DNA of 36,193 nt, taken from positions 1 through 36,193 of IMG/VR virus record IMGVR_UViG_3300038829_000094. One strand, given 5' to 3'. The position numbers and the translations under genes were made by a program. Origin of the DNA: a virus (Duplodnaviria; Caudoviricetes). Positions within the stretch are counted from its first letter, which is position 1; each line of letters opens with the position of its first letter. Positions 7,726-16,893 of this stretch are shown here, piece by piece. The notes beneath the pieces are model-generated. The model ran no database searches. It had not been told where the DNA came from and was given only the letters and a program-made list of their open reading frames with translations.

Positions 7726-9146
7726 TGCAAATTACCATTCCTGCCAACGGTTGGACGCCGCGCCCGCATCAGCGTGGCGTCTGGGCAGACCTCGAACGTG
7801 AGGTGCCCAACCTCCTCGTGATTGCGCATCGCCGCTTCGGGAAGGGCGAATTGATGCTCCACGATTGCGCCGTGCGCGCGGCGAAACGCGCCGCCAACTA
7901 TTTTTACATGCTCCCCGAAACCGAGCACGTGCGGAAAGCGATTTGGACTGCGCTCAATCCCGGCACCGGACGCCGCCGCATCGATGAGGCGTTTCCCCTA
8001 GGCTTTCGCGTGGGACCGCCGAAAGAGCAGGACATGGTAGTCACGGTGTACAGTTCGCCTCCGAGGAATCGCGTGGCCCTGAACGAACCAGGCTCCATCC
8101 AGCACTATCACAGCACCGTGCAATTCACCGGAAGCGATAACTACGAAACGCTGCGCGGTGGATCAGGCCTCGGATATTATTTCGATGAGTGGGCGTGGGC
8201 TGATCCGCAAGCCCTGGCCATTCTGCGCCCGATCGTGGCCGAGAACGGCGGCTTCTTTCGCTTCCTCACGACCTCGTTCGGGAAGAACCATGCGTACAAA
8301 ATGCTGGTGGAGAATCGCCGTAAGCCCGACTGGGCCGTGCACCTCTTGCCGAACAGTCAGACCAAGATCTTCACGCCTGAGCAGATCCGGACCTTCCTCG
8401 AAGAGAACATCGATCTCTACGGGCCGGAGGTGGGCCGATCGCTCACCGATCAGGAATATGAGTGCAGCTTTGAAGAAATTGTCCCTGGGTCATTCTACTT
8501 AGATCTGTTATTGAAAGCCGAACGGGAACAGCGGCTGACTGCGCTCGGGCCGTCGATTGAGCGCCCCGTGTTTGCCGCGTTCGATCTGGGCTTCACCGAT
8601 GCCACGGCGATTTGGTATGTGCAGATCCGCGAGGATAATTGGGTGGACGTGATCGGCTATGACGAGTTTACGAAGATGAGCATTCCCGAAATCATTCCGG
8701 AGATGCGGAAGCGCCCCGGCTACTATGCCGCACTGCTTCTGCCGCATGACGGTGCCCACCACGAGGTGACGAGCGGGACGACGACGGAGCAATTGTTGAC
8801 ACGGGCGGGGTTTTCGTGTCACATCATGCCCCAGACCGATGATGGCGCTCAAATCCAAAGCGTGCGCATGCTGCTTCCTCGCTGCCGGTTCAATCTCCCG
8901 GCGTGCGAGCGCGGGTTGGCGTGCCTCCGGCATTTCCACAACAAAGCGAAGCACGAGGGCGGGAAGACCAGCTGGAGCCCCAAGCCGGTCCATGATTGGA
9001 GTTCACACGCCGCCAAAGCGTTTGCCACCCTCGCGTATTTTGCGCCGTCACTCCGGGCGAATACGGGCGCACAGGGGATTGAAGTGCGCGACATCTTTTC
9101 GTCCAACAGTCAGCGGGCCATGCAGGGCTCAGGATGGATGCGGTAG
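7725..9146 (+). CDS. terL: Terminase large subunit
   Basis: PRPHQ, Walker A HRRFGKG, Walker B YYFDE, QEYECSF, nuclease motifs AFDLG.TD.T, LPHD, PVHDWSSH. Confidence 0.95.
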   Translation: MQITIPANGWTPRPHQRGVWADLEREVPNLLVIAHRRFGKGELMLHDCAVRAAKRAANYFYMLPETEHVRKAIWTALNPGTGRRRIDEAFPLGFRVGPPKEQDMVVTVYSSPPRNRVALNEPGSIQHYHSTVQFTGSDNYETLRGGSGLGYYFDEWAWADPQALAILRPIVAENGGFFRFLTTSFGKNHAYKMLVENRRKPDWAVHLLPNSQTKIFTPEQIRTFLEENIDLYGPEVGRSLTDQEYECSFEEIVPGSFYLDLLLKAEREQRLTALGPSIERPVFAAFDLGFTDATAIWYVQIREDNWVDVIGYDEFTKMSIPEIIPEMRKRPGYYAALLLPHDGAHHEVTSGTTTEQLLTRAGFSCHIMPQTDDGAQIQSVRMLLPRCRFNLPACERGLACLRHFHNKAKHEGGKTSWSPKPVHDWSSHAAKAFATLAYFAPSLRANTGAQGIEVRDIFSSNSQRAMQGSGWMR

Positions 9147-9211
9147 GTAGTATTTCGTAGTGACGCTCTGTTCCACCGCTCGGGAGACCGCCAGGGAATC
9201 CGAGGGACCGG

Positions 9212-11443
9212 GTGACCGATGTAGCCGCGACTGCGTACGAACCAGACACCGACGATCAGACCGAAACCGCTTCCCCCGCTGAGACCGCTGATGCCGAGCG
9301 TCAGACGAAACTGCTCAGCCTCGCTACCGAACGCTTTCAGCAAGCCTATCACGCGCACAAAGACGACTTCACATTTTGCTCCACGGTGCAAGAGTTCCTC
9401 TCCGGGGAACAATGGCCGGAGGGCATCAAGAGCGACCGCGAACAGCTGGGCCGTCCCTGCCTCACCCTCGATCACCTGAATCAGTACGTCCGCCACGTCA
9501 TCAATTCCGGCCTGATGCGAGAGCGCGATATCCGTGTGCTCGCCATGTCCGGCGAAGCCGATGACGACGTGGCCTCGGTGCTCGCCGGGCTCATTCGCCA
9601 AATCACGCAAACCTCCTCCGCGAAAGTCGCGTATGAAACCGGCCTCCGGCATACCTGCTCGGTCGGGTTTGGCTATTGGCGTGCCAAGGTTGAGCCTGTG
9701 CCCGGCACGAAGACGAACGACAAGCCGGACGGCCTCATGGAAATTTGCATCCGGAAAATCAAAGAGCCGCGCATGGTCCTGATGGATCCGTTCTGTGATT
9801 ACCCCGACGGACGCGATGCGAAATATGCGTTCGTCCTCTCCAAGCTCACCAAACACGAATTTGAAACGCAGTACCCCGACGCTGCGCGGGAGGGCTGCAA
9901 AAGCTGGCACACCCTTGATGCCAGCGAAACGCTGCCGTGGATCGATGGCGATCCCATCGTGGTAGCGGAGTATTACTACTACGAGGGTGAGACGTTGAGC
10001 TGGGCGATCCTCTGTCCCGACAAGATCCTCACCGAGGGAATCCACCACGGCAACGTGATGCCGATCGTGCGCGTGGTGGGCGAGGAATATGAAGTCTCCG
10101 GCAAAGAGCGCAAGCGCGGCATGGTGAATAATTCCAGCATGGACGCGCAACGGGCGTACAACTATTCATCGAGTGCGTTTATTGAGGCCGTGGCGCTGGC
10201 GCCGCTCGCGCCGTACATCGTGGCCGCCGGCCAAATCGAACAGTTTCAAAAAGAATGGGGCGACGCCCATAAAACGCCGCGCCCCGCGTTGCGCTATACG
10301 CCGGTCTCCATCGCCGGACAAATGGCCCCGCCTCCGCAACGGTCGATGCCTGTCGGCATCCCTGACGGCTGGCAGGGGATGATGGCGAACCTCATTCAAG
10401 ACACGCAGATGATCATGGGCCTGGCGCAGCCGAACGTGCTAGGCACCGGCGGCATCCCCGTGCAATCCGGCGTCGGTATCGAAGCGCAAAAAGAGCCGGG
10501 CGACGTGAATACGTTTCATTTCATCGAACATTGGCACGGCGCGATTGAACAGACTGGGCGCGTGATCCTCGCGATGATCCCGCATGTGTACACCGAGCCG
10601 CAGGCCGTGAAGATTGTCGGCGATGATGGCGTGCTTGAAACCGCGCTGCTTGATCCCACGCAGCAACAGACGGTGCTCAAACAAATGGGCAAGAACGAGC
10701 AGGGTTACGAGAAGGTCCTCTCCACGTCCTACAACCCGCTGATCGGGCGCTACGACTCGGCTATTTCCACCGGCCCAGCGAGCGCGACGAAAAAGAGCGA
10801 AGCCAGCAAGTTGATGATGGCGATGGTCACCGCCGATCCCTCGCTGATGCAGAAGGCGGGAGACCTTGTGGTGGGTTCGATGGATATGTCCGGTGCGGAC
10901 GTGTTGGCGAAGCGCCTGAAGGCGTTTCTCCCGCCGGGCATCAGCGAAGACGACGAAGCCGCACAGATGCAGATGCTCCAACAGTTCGGCCAGGAGAATC
11001 AGCAGCTCAAGCAACAGTTGCAGGAATTGCAACAGATCATCATGGGCGAGCGCGAACAGAACCAGGCGGCGATGGCCGAGCTCCAGATGAAGGCCAGCGC
11101 GGATCTCTTTCAGCAGAAGCAGAAAGCGCACGCTGATTTGCAGGAACAGCGCATGGCCGATGAGAGTCGCTATCAGATTGCGGCGATGCAGATTCAGGCC
11201 GATCTCGAAACGAACACCCAAAACAATATCGTCAAAGTGGTGCTGGAACAAATCAAGGGCTCCGCCACGCTCGACGTGGAAATTATGAAGCGCCTGGCGG
11301 CCTCAGCGCAGCAGCCCACGTATGATGCTCGCCTCTCCGGCTATGCCCGCGTGCTCGATTCGCTGCACCAACCCAACGAACCACCCGCGCCCCCGATGCT
11401 GCCCGATCAATCAGGAGGAGTCCCCCATGACACGATGGTCTAA
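9212..11443 (+). CDS. P22-like portal protein
   Basis: F..GEQW...RPCLT.., GFGYWR, DPF...DGRDAKY, DAQR.YNY, G.YD....GP...TK motifs; Gln-rich C-terminal barrel helix; follows terL. Confidence 0.93.
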   Translation: MTDVAATAYEPDTDDQTETASPAETADAERQTKLLSLATERFQQAYHAHKDDFTFCSTVQEFLSGEQWPEGIKSDREQLGRPCLTLDHLNQYVRHVINSGLMRERDIRVLAMSGEADDDVASVLAGLIRQITQTSSAKVAYETGLRHTCSVGFGYWRAKVEPVPGTKTNDKPDGLMEICIRKIKEPRMVLMDPFCDYPDGRDAKYAFVLSKLTKHEFETQYPDAAREGCKSWHTLDASETLPWIDGDPIVVAEYYYYEGETLSWAILCPDKILTEGIHHGNVMPIVRVVGEEYEVSGKERKRGMVNNSSMDAQRAYNYSSSAFIEAVALAPLAPYIVAAGQIEQFQKEWGDAHKTPRPALRYTPVSIAGQMAPPPQRSMPVGIPDGWQGMMANLIQDTQMIMGLAQPNVLGTGGIPVQSGVGIEAQKEPGDVNTFHFIEHWHGAIEQTGRVILAMIPHVYTEPQAVKIVGDDGVLETALLDPTQQQTVLKQMGKNEQGYEKVLSTSYNPLIGRYDSAISTGPASATKKSEASKLMMAMVTADPSLMQKAGDLVVGSMDMSGADVLAKRLKAFLPPGISEDDEAAQMQMLQQFGQENQQLKQQLQELQQIIMGEREQNQAAMAELQMKASADLFQQKQKAHADLQEQRMADESRYQIAAMQIQADLETNTQNNIVKVVLEQIKGSATLDVEIMKRLAASAQQPTYDARLSGYARVLDSLHQPNEPPAPPMLPDQSGGVPHDTMV

Positions 11444-11969
11444 ATTCACGATCACATTCGTTGCGGTCTGGCTCGTGGTTATCGGATTCTGGGAGCCAGA
11501 ATCCGCACGGGCCTTTGATCGGCCCTGTCTCGCAACCGCAGCGGTGCAAACGTACAAAGAAGGCGATTCGGTGCCATGCTCAGCGGGGCTGGATGGCGTG
11601 CAGCGGATAGACATGGACACCCTGCTCGCCGGCGAGCGCAATCCGACCAGTGCGACAACGAGTTATCTAGCTGTTCGTCAAGAGGCGAATTTAACCGTAA
11701 TCAGTACCACCAGCGCCGTGACGCTCGGGGGCGGCGCAGCCGGTGACACGCACCTCATGGGGATACAGATTCTCACGACACTGACGGGGACCTGTACCAT
11801 CGCCGGATTTTCAGAGTCTGGTGGGGCGGCGCAGACATTTACAATCCCTGCAGGATCTGTCGGATTCAAGGATTTTTTTGGCGCGATCAATAGTGCGGCT
11901 CCGCTGGTGGTCACGTGCTCGAACGTGGCCGACGACAACCTAGTGCTCGTGCTGTGGAGGGCGCTATGA
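11427..11969 (+). CDS. Secreted beta-rich protein with Sec signal peptide (decoration-like)
   Basis: AGGAGG SD; MTRWSKF + hydrophobic h-region + ARA cleavage site; 4 Cys in the mature part. Confidence 0.75.
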   Translation: MTRWSKFTITFVAVWLVVIGFWEPESARAFDRPCLATAAVQTYKEGDSVPCSAGLDGVQRIDMDTLLAGERNPTSATTSYLAVRQEANLTVISTTSAVTLGGGAAGDTHLMGIQILTTLTGTCTIAGFSESGGAAQTFTIPAGSVGFKDFFGAINSAAPLVVTCSNVADDNLVLVLWRAL

Positions 11970-13510
11970 CTTCATGGAGGACCGCAAGCATAATTATCGT
12001 GTTGGTGGTTTGTTTCGGTTCCCAGTCGTGGGCCATGTCGATTCAGGACTACTACCTGTCACGGCAGGGATTCGCTCCGTTGGAGAGCGGGGACTCACGG
12101 ATTTTGCTAGACGCGACACTCACGACCTCGGCAGCCGCGACCGCTGCCGGTTTTGCAATAGCTGGGACGGGAAATGTTTTTGATGGAAATGGCTGGAATG
12201 GAAAGGGCACGGGCTGGCTTAGGATTATTGGGTGGGCCAACTCGGCCTCCATGGCGGCACGAGGCACCATTTACATGGAGATAGAACGGCGTGCGCTCTC
12301 ATTCGATGAATCAAATTATCTAGATGGTACGTTCAATACGTTCAGGGATAGTGTCGGAACGGATAATGGAGCTGTCCGTGCAGCATTCTTTATCTACAAC
12401 GACGCCACAACCTATTCACGAAAATTGCACAATGATGGGGCCGGAGCCAATGGGCTGATTGCCATTAACAAGGCCAATGCAGTTCAACAGTTCCCTATAC
12501 TGACAAATTATAACAGCCACGCAATCCCCGTGTATCAGGACGCACAATTCAGCCAGATTGTGTGGACGTACAACGGTGCTGACTATTATGTTTGGGTTGA
12601 TGGACACCTGATCTATAAAGGCACCAGCGCTGCGCTGCCAACTACGGACGACTTCAAAAATATCATTGTAGGCGCCGGTTCCACCGCCGGAGCTACTCCA
12701 TTGGGAGATTTTTATATTCGGCGCGTACAGCTATCAACGGCCTTCATGCCCCCCGTGCTCGCAGGGCCACGAGTGGGACTGTATGGCGATTCGTTCGTCC
12801 GCCAAATGGGATCTAATACCCCCGTGCCCGCCACAGAGACCGTGACGGATATTGATGGCGTGCAGCAGTTCAAGATCCTTACGACGAGATCCGCCGCGTT
12901 GGTTCGTGCTGAGGGGCAAACGCCATGGGGTATTGGGTTGCAGGCGCTGGCACAAACTCTTCTGGGGTTCAACTTCCCGATGTATACCGCCGCCAAAGGA
13001 GGCGGCGGGTATGAAAAAACACCAATCCCCGTGGTGTTTCGTACTGCGCTCAATGCGTTTCGGCCGGAACTCATCATCGCCATGGCATCAGTGAATGATG
13101 TCGTGCCTGGGAGTCCCGTCACTAATATTGTGAACAATACGAAGCTAGTAATGGATGATTTCATCGATGGCAATCCTGCACTCAGAAAAATCTTTCTTAT
13201 TGTGGGAATCAGTGGACATCGCGATCCAACAAAAGCTGCCGACCCGTTGTATTTGCCCGAATATAAACGGGTGTCGGCCCTGCTCGTGTCAGGGTTGGCT
13301 AATTACCGCAATGTCGTTGAGGTGGTAGATGTCTATGGTGCCTGGGGCGGGGACGCCTACTCGCCGACTCAAACTATTGGGAGCGCCCCTACCAACGCTT
13401 CTGCAAGCGCCGGCAACGACATCCATCCATCCGCGACGGGAACAACAGCTATCACCTCAATTTTGTGGCCGCACGTTCGTGATTTTTTGATTAGCAGGCC
13501 GCGCCGTTAG
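11966..13510 (+). CDS. Secreted LamG/ConA-like + SGNH/GDSL esterase protein
   Basis: Signal peptide ending SWA; IVWTYNG...VWVDG lectin-like strands; SGNH blocks GDS, G, SVND, DIHP intact; more AT-rich than flanks. Confidence 0.85.
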   Translation: MTSWRTASIIIVLVVCFGSQSWAMSIQDYYLSRQGFAPLESGDSRILLDATLTTSAAATAAGFAIAGTGNVFDGNGWNGKGTGWLRIIGWANSASMAARGTIYMEIERRALSFDESNYLDGTFNTFRDSVGTDNGAVRAAFFIYNDATTYSRKLHNDGAGANGLIAINKANAVQQFPILTNYNSHAIPVYQDAQFSQIVWTYNGADYYVWVDGHLIYKGTSAALPTTDDFKNIIVGAGSTAGATPLGDFYIRRVQLSTAFMPPVLAGPRVGLYGDSFVRQMGSNTPVPATETVTDIDGVQQFKILTTRSAALVRAEGQTPWGIGLQALAQTLLGFNFPMYTAAKGGGGYEKTPIPVVFRTALNAFRPELIIAMASVNDVVPGSPVTNIVNNTKLVMDDFIDGNPALRKIFLIVGISGHRDPTKAADPLYLPEYKRVSALLVSGLANYRNVVEVVDVYGAWGGDAYSPTQTIGSAPTNASASAGNDIHPSATGTTAITSILWPHVRDFLISRPRR

Positions 13511-13526
13511 ATATTCTCGGGATAGA

Positions 13527-13565
13527 TTTCTGGCTGTGTCTCCAATGTGCGCGCACAGCCAGAAA
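13527..13565. other. Perfect 12-bp inverted repeat (hairpin) between SGNH and FN3 genes
   Basis: TTTCTGGCTGTG / CACAGCCAGAAA with 15-nt loop; no U-tract. Confidence 0.6.
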
Positions 13566-13609
13566 GAATGGGGTTCGTGATGAGCTGCTCAGAAAAATCC
13601 TTCGCGTCT

Positions 13610-14437
13610 ATGCGCACTGTGTCTAGGGCGGGACGTTCCGGCGTGCCCCGCTGGTTCGCCTGGCTGCTCCTGGCGATGGTGCTGCTCAGTGTCGGGGGGA
13701 TGGCCGCTGTACTCTGGGCCGCGGAGGTCACCCTCTCGTGGCAGGCGAACACCGAGTCAGACCTCGCAGGCTACAAAATCTATCAGTCGACCATCTCAGG
13801 CCAATATAGCGCGCCGGTCATGACGGTCGGGAAAGTCACGACGCAGACGGTGACGCTGCCACAGCTCGACATTGCCACAACGTATTTCTTTGTCCTCACG
13901 GCCTATGATCTTGCGGGCAATGAGAGTCAGCAATCGCTGGAAGTCAGCAAGACGATTGTCGGTCTGCCCGCGACGGCTCCGCCAGGTGTGCCGGTGCTGA
14001 CCGTTACTGCAAGTTCCCCTACTGAATTTGACATTACCTGGCCGACAATATCAGACGGCGCAGGCGGTGTCGCGCAGGTGGATATCCGGCTTGGCTCGCC
14101 CACGGATCATTGGGGCCTGATGGTGTCGCAGGCTTGTCCCTCCTCGCCCTGTCGCGTGACGGGGCTGATAGGTGGGACCGCGTACCAGGTCCAGGCCGTC
14201 GCATATCGGACCGAGGCTACCAGCAATATATTTGGGGCATTAAGCGCGCCGATCATGATGACAACAACCGTGCCCGATCTTCCCCCCGCGCAACCGCAGG
14301 GGCTCACGATTGCCAGTGCAAGTGCGGACTCTGTGGTGATCGTGGCGAGCGCGGCGGCATGCAAAAAGATTCTGACGACGATCACCGGCACAACCCAGAC
14401 CCAGCATCGCCGCACCCTCACCTGTGTGCGGCCCTAA
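13610..14437 (+). CDS. Secreted fibronectin type III domain protein (2 FN3 + C-terminal Cys-paired module); start uncertain (13580/13610/13643)
   Basis: Signal peptide ...WFAWLLLAMVLLSVGGMAAVLWA; VTLSWQANTESDLAGYKIY...TTYFFVLTAYD.AGNES classic FN3; second FN3 (TW...TGL..GTAYQVQ); 4 Cys. Confidence 0.85.
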   Translation: MRTVSRAGRSGVPRWFAWLLLAMVLLSVGGMAAVLWAAEVTLSWQANTESDLAGYKIYQSTISGQYSAPVMTVGKVTTQTVTLPQLDIATTYFFVLTAYDLAGNESQQSLEVSKTIVGLPATAPPGVPVLTVTASSPTEFDITWPTISDGAGGVAQVDIRLGSPTDHWGLMVSQACPSSPCRVTGLIGGTAYQVQAVAYRTEATSNIFGALSAPIMMTTTVPDLPPAQPQGLTIASASADSVVIVASAAACKKILTTITGTTQTQHRRTLTCVRP

Positions 14438-14455
14438 TTCACCGAAAGGATTTGT

Positions 14456-15451
14456 ATGCCTCCTGAACTTGAGACCGCGACCGAGACGACCAGCACGACC
14501 GAGACTGCATCGGAGACCGCACCGGAGACCGCATCGAGCGTCCCCAGTGAATCCGCCACGAGCGAGGGCCGCGACACCAGCGCCGCCAAGACCGAGACGC
14601 CGAAGGCCACGGTCAAATTACCCGACAGTCTGAAGCCCCCGCAAAAGACCGGGCGCTTTCAACAGCGCATTTCTGATCTCGTGCAGTCGCGCAAGACCAT
14701 TGAGGAAGAGAACCGCAAGCTCAAGGAACAACTCTCGCGCTTCGAGAGCGTGAGCCGTCCCGGCACGACGGAGGCGAAGCCGAAGGCCGCCGATCCCAAG
14801 GCCGCACTCAGCCCGGACGATTTCGACACCTACGGCGAGTACATTCAGGCCGTCGTGGATCGCACGTATGAGGCCAAGCACGAGGCCGAGCAGAGCAAAC
14901 GCAGCGAACAGACCTATGAGGCGTATCGCAAAGAGAAGCAGACGGAATTCGAAACCCATTGCCAACCGCTGGCTGAGGCCTACGGCGAAGGGTTTTGGGA
15001 TGCGATCACCGATCCGACGTTGCCCGTGACGGAACCCATGGCCGATGCGATCATGGAGCTGGGGGATATGGCCCCCTATGTGATGCTGTGGCTCGCCGCG
15101 AATCGGGATAAGGCCGCTGACCTGGCCAAGCAGAACCCGCGACAGACGACCATCGGCATTGGCCGCTTGGCCGCTCGGTTGAGCGCTGAACTCGAACACG
15201 GGCAAGGAGCCGCGCCCCCCGCACCAGAACCCGCACCGGAGACGACGAGCCAAACGTTCCCCTTTACCCGATCAGCCAGTGCGCCGGCGGCCCCACGACC
15301 GACGCCAGTCCCCACGCCGCGTGGGTCCACTCCAGCCAATACCCTAGAGACGGCGCCCAGCGACAAGGACGATATTCAAACCTGGCTGCAAAAAGAAACG
15401 AATCGCATTCGACGCACGAACCCGAACGCGAGATTTTACGGCGCGTCGTAG
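14456..15451 (+). CDS. Capsid scaffolding protein
   Basis: Acidic/Thr-rich N-terminus, RFQQRISDL coiled coil, PDDFDTY.EY motif, Pro-rich C-terminus; directly before the coat gene. Confidence 0.85.
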   Translation: MPPELETATETTSTTETASETAPETASSVPSESATSEGRDTSAAKTETPKATVKLPDSLKPPQKTGRFQQRISDLVQSRKTIEEENRKLKEQLSRFESVSRPGTTEAKPKAADPKAALSPDDFDTYGEYIQAVVDRTYEAKHEAEQSKRSEQTYEAYRKEKQTEFETHCQPLAEAYGEGFWDAITDPTLPVTEPMADAIMELGDMAPYVMLWLAANRDKAADLAKQNPRQTTIGIGRLAARLSAELEHGQGAAPPAPEPAPETTSQTFPFTRSASAPAAPRPTPVPTPRGSTPANTLETAPSDKDDIQTWLQKETNRIRRTNPNARFYGAS

Positions 15452-15468
15452 AATCCTCCGTAGTGGCC

Positions 15469-15497
15469 TTGACGTAAGGGCATGCGTGTGCTACACG
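15469..15497 (+). promoter_or_regulatory. Sigma70-like promoter upstream of the capsid gene
   Basis: TTGACG-17 bp-TACACG with extended -10 TG. Confidence 0.5.
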
Positions 15498-15520
15498 ATC
15501 AGTAGGTTTCTCCTCGCGTC

Positions 15521-15607
15521 CTCGTCCGCGTCCTGACGAGCTTCCGGGTGAAGCTGGCAACCCGCATATTTGCCAGAGTCTCAATACTCCTTCTGACCCG
15601 GAGGCTC
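15521..15607 (+). promoter_or_regulatory. Structured 5' leader of the capsid gene sequestering its SD
   Basis: 15538-15553 pairs with 15590-15607 (12+4 bp, includes GGAGG); internal hairpins CTGGCAA/TTGCCAG and AGT/ACT; upstream hairpin CTCGTC/GACGAG. Confidence 0.6.
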
Positions 15608-15609
15608 CC

Positions 15610-16803
15610 ATGGCGAATACGCTCTTGACCCCTACCATGGTGACCCGCAAGGCCCTGATGATTTTGCATCAGAAGCTGGCCTTTGTCGGCACCATCGAAC
15701 GACAGTATGACGATCAATTCGCGAAAGACGGCGCGAAGATCGGTGCGACCCTGACGATCCGTCTCCCCAATCAGTACACGGTCTCAACCGGCCAAACCAT
15801 CGCCCCGCAGGACACCACGGAGCAATCCACGGTGTTGAGCGTGGCCACGCAAAAGAACGTCCCGATGTCGTTCTTCTCGTCGGAACTCACGTTGTCCATC
15901 GACAACTTCTCGGAGCGCATCATCGATCCGGCCATGTCGGTCCTGGCCGCGGCCGTCGAAGCGGACGCCTTCAATATGGCGCTCGACACCTACCAGCAAG
16001 TGGGCACGCCCGGCTCCACCCCGACCGCACTGTTGACCTACCTGCAGGCCATGGCGCGGTTGACCAATTCCCTCGCGCCGCTCTCGCAGCGGAACATTCA
16101 GCTCGCGCCGCTCGATGCTGCGACCATCATCGATGCGCTGAAGGGCCTGTTCCAGGACTCGCAAGCAATTCAGAAACAGTACCGCGACGGCATCATGGGC
16201 CGGACGGCGGGATTCGACTGGTACCAGAACACCCTGGTCGGTCGGATGACCAACGGGAACAAAGTGGCCGCCGTCACCGTGTCGGGTGCCGGACAGACCG
16301 GGGCCAGCGTCACCTTGGGCGGCTTGGCCGCCGCCGACACGTTCAAGAAAGGCCAGGTCTTCACCATGGCGGGCTGCAACGAAGTGCATCCCGAAACCAA
16401 GGTGGACACGGGCCGCTTGCAAAAGTTCGTCGTCACCGCCGATGCGACCTCAGCCGGGGCCACCCTGGCCGTCAGCATCAGTCCCTCGATCGTGGTCAGT
16501 GGCGCGTTGCAGAACGTGAGCGCCTCGCCGACCAACGGCGGGGCCGTGACGTTCGACGGGACCGCCTCCCTGAACTACGGGCTGGCGCTGTCGTACTACA
16601 AGCAGGCCTACGCCATTGCGTTCGCCGATCTCTACATGCCCAAGGGCGTGGATTTCGGGGCGCGGGAAGTCATGGATGGGGTCTCGCTCCGCATCGTGCG
16701 GGACTACGACGTGACGAACGACAAGATCATCACTCGTGCCGACGTGCTCTACGGCTATAAGACGATTCGCCCGCAGCTGGCGTGTCGCGTGGCCTCTGCC
16801 TAA
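15610..16803 (+). CDS. Major capsid protein, P22 coat (gp5) family
   Basis: MANTLLTP..VTRKAL..L, GAKIG.TL.IRLP, R.I.PAM..LA, C-terminal R.DVLYG...IRPQLACR. Confidence 0.95.
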   Translation: MANTLLTPTMVTRKALMILHQKLAFVGTIERQYDDQFAKDGAKIGATLTIRLPNQYTVSTGQTIAPQDTTEQSTVLSVATQKNVPMSFFSSELTLSIDNFSERIIDPAMSVLAAAVEADAFNMALDTYQQVGTPGSTPTALLTYLQAMARLTNSLAPLSQRNIQLAPLDAATIIDALKGLFQDSQAIQKQYRDGIMGRTAGFDWYQNTLVGRMTNGNKVAAVTVSGAGQTGASVTLGGLAAADTFKKGQVFTMAGCNEVHPETKVDTGRLQKFVVTADATSAGATLAVSISPSIVVSGALQNVSASPTNGGAVTFDGTASLNYGLALSYYKQAYAIAFADLYMPKGVDFGAREVMDGVSLRIVRDYDVTNDKIITRADVLYGYKTIRPQLACRVASA

Positions 16804-16827
16804 GCGCCCTGACGCTCTCTCAGGCTT

Positions 16828-16864
16828 CGAGGGGATCGGGACGGCGGCGTCCCGGTCTCCCTCG
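16828..16864 (+). other. Strong GC hairpin after the capsid gene (mRNA stabiliser, attenuator or processing site)
   Basis: CGAGGG-GATCGGGACG / CGTCCCGGTC-T-CCCTCG, 4-nt loop, no U-tract. Confidence 0.55.
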
Positions 16865-16893
16865 CACTCCTCCCGCGCCGCAGGTCGAGGATC

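Noticed and set aside
16828-16864. Rho-independent terminator after the capsid gene
   Set aside because: Strong stem but no U-tract; kept only as a generic hairpin
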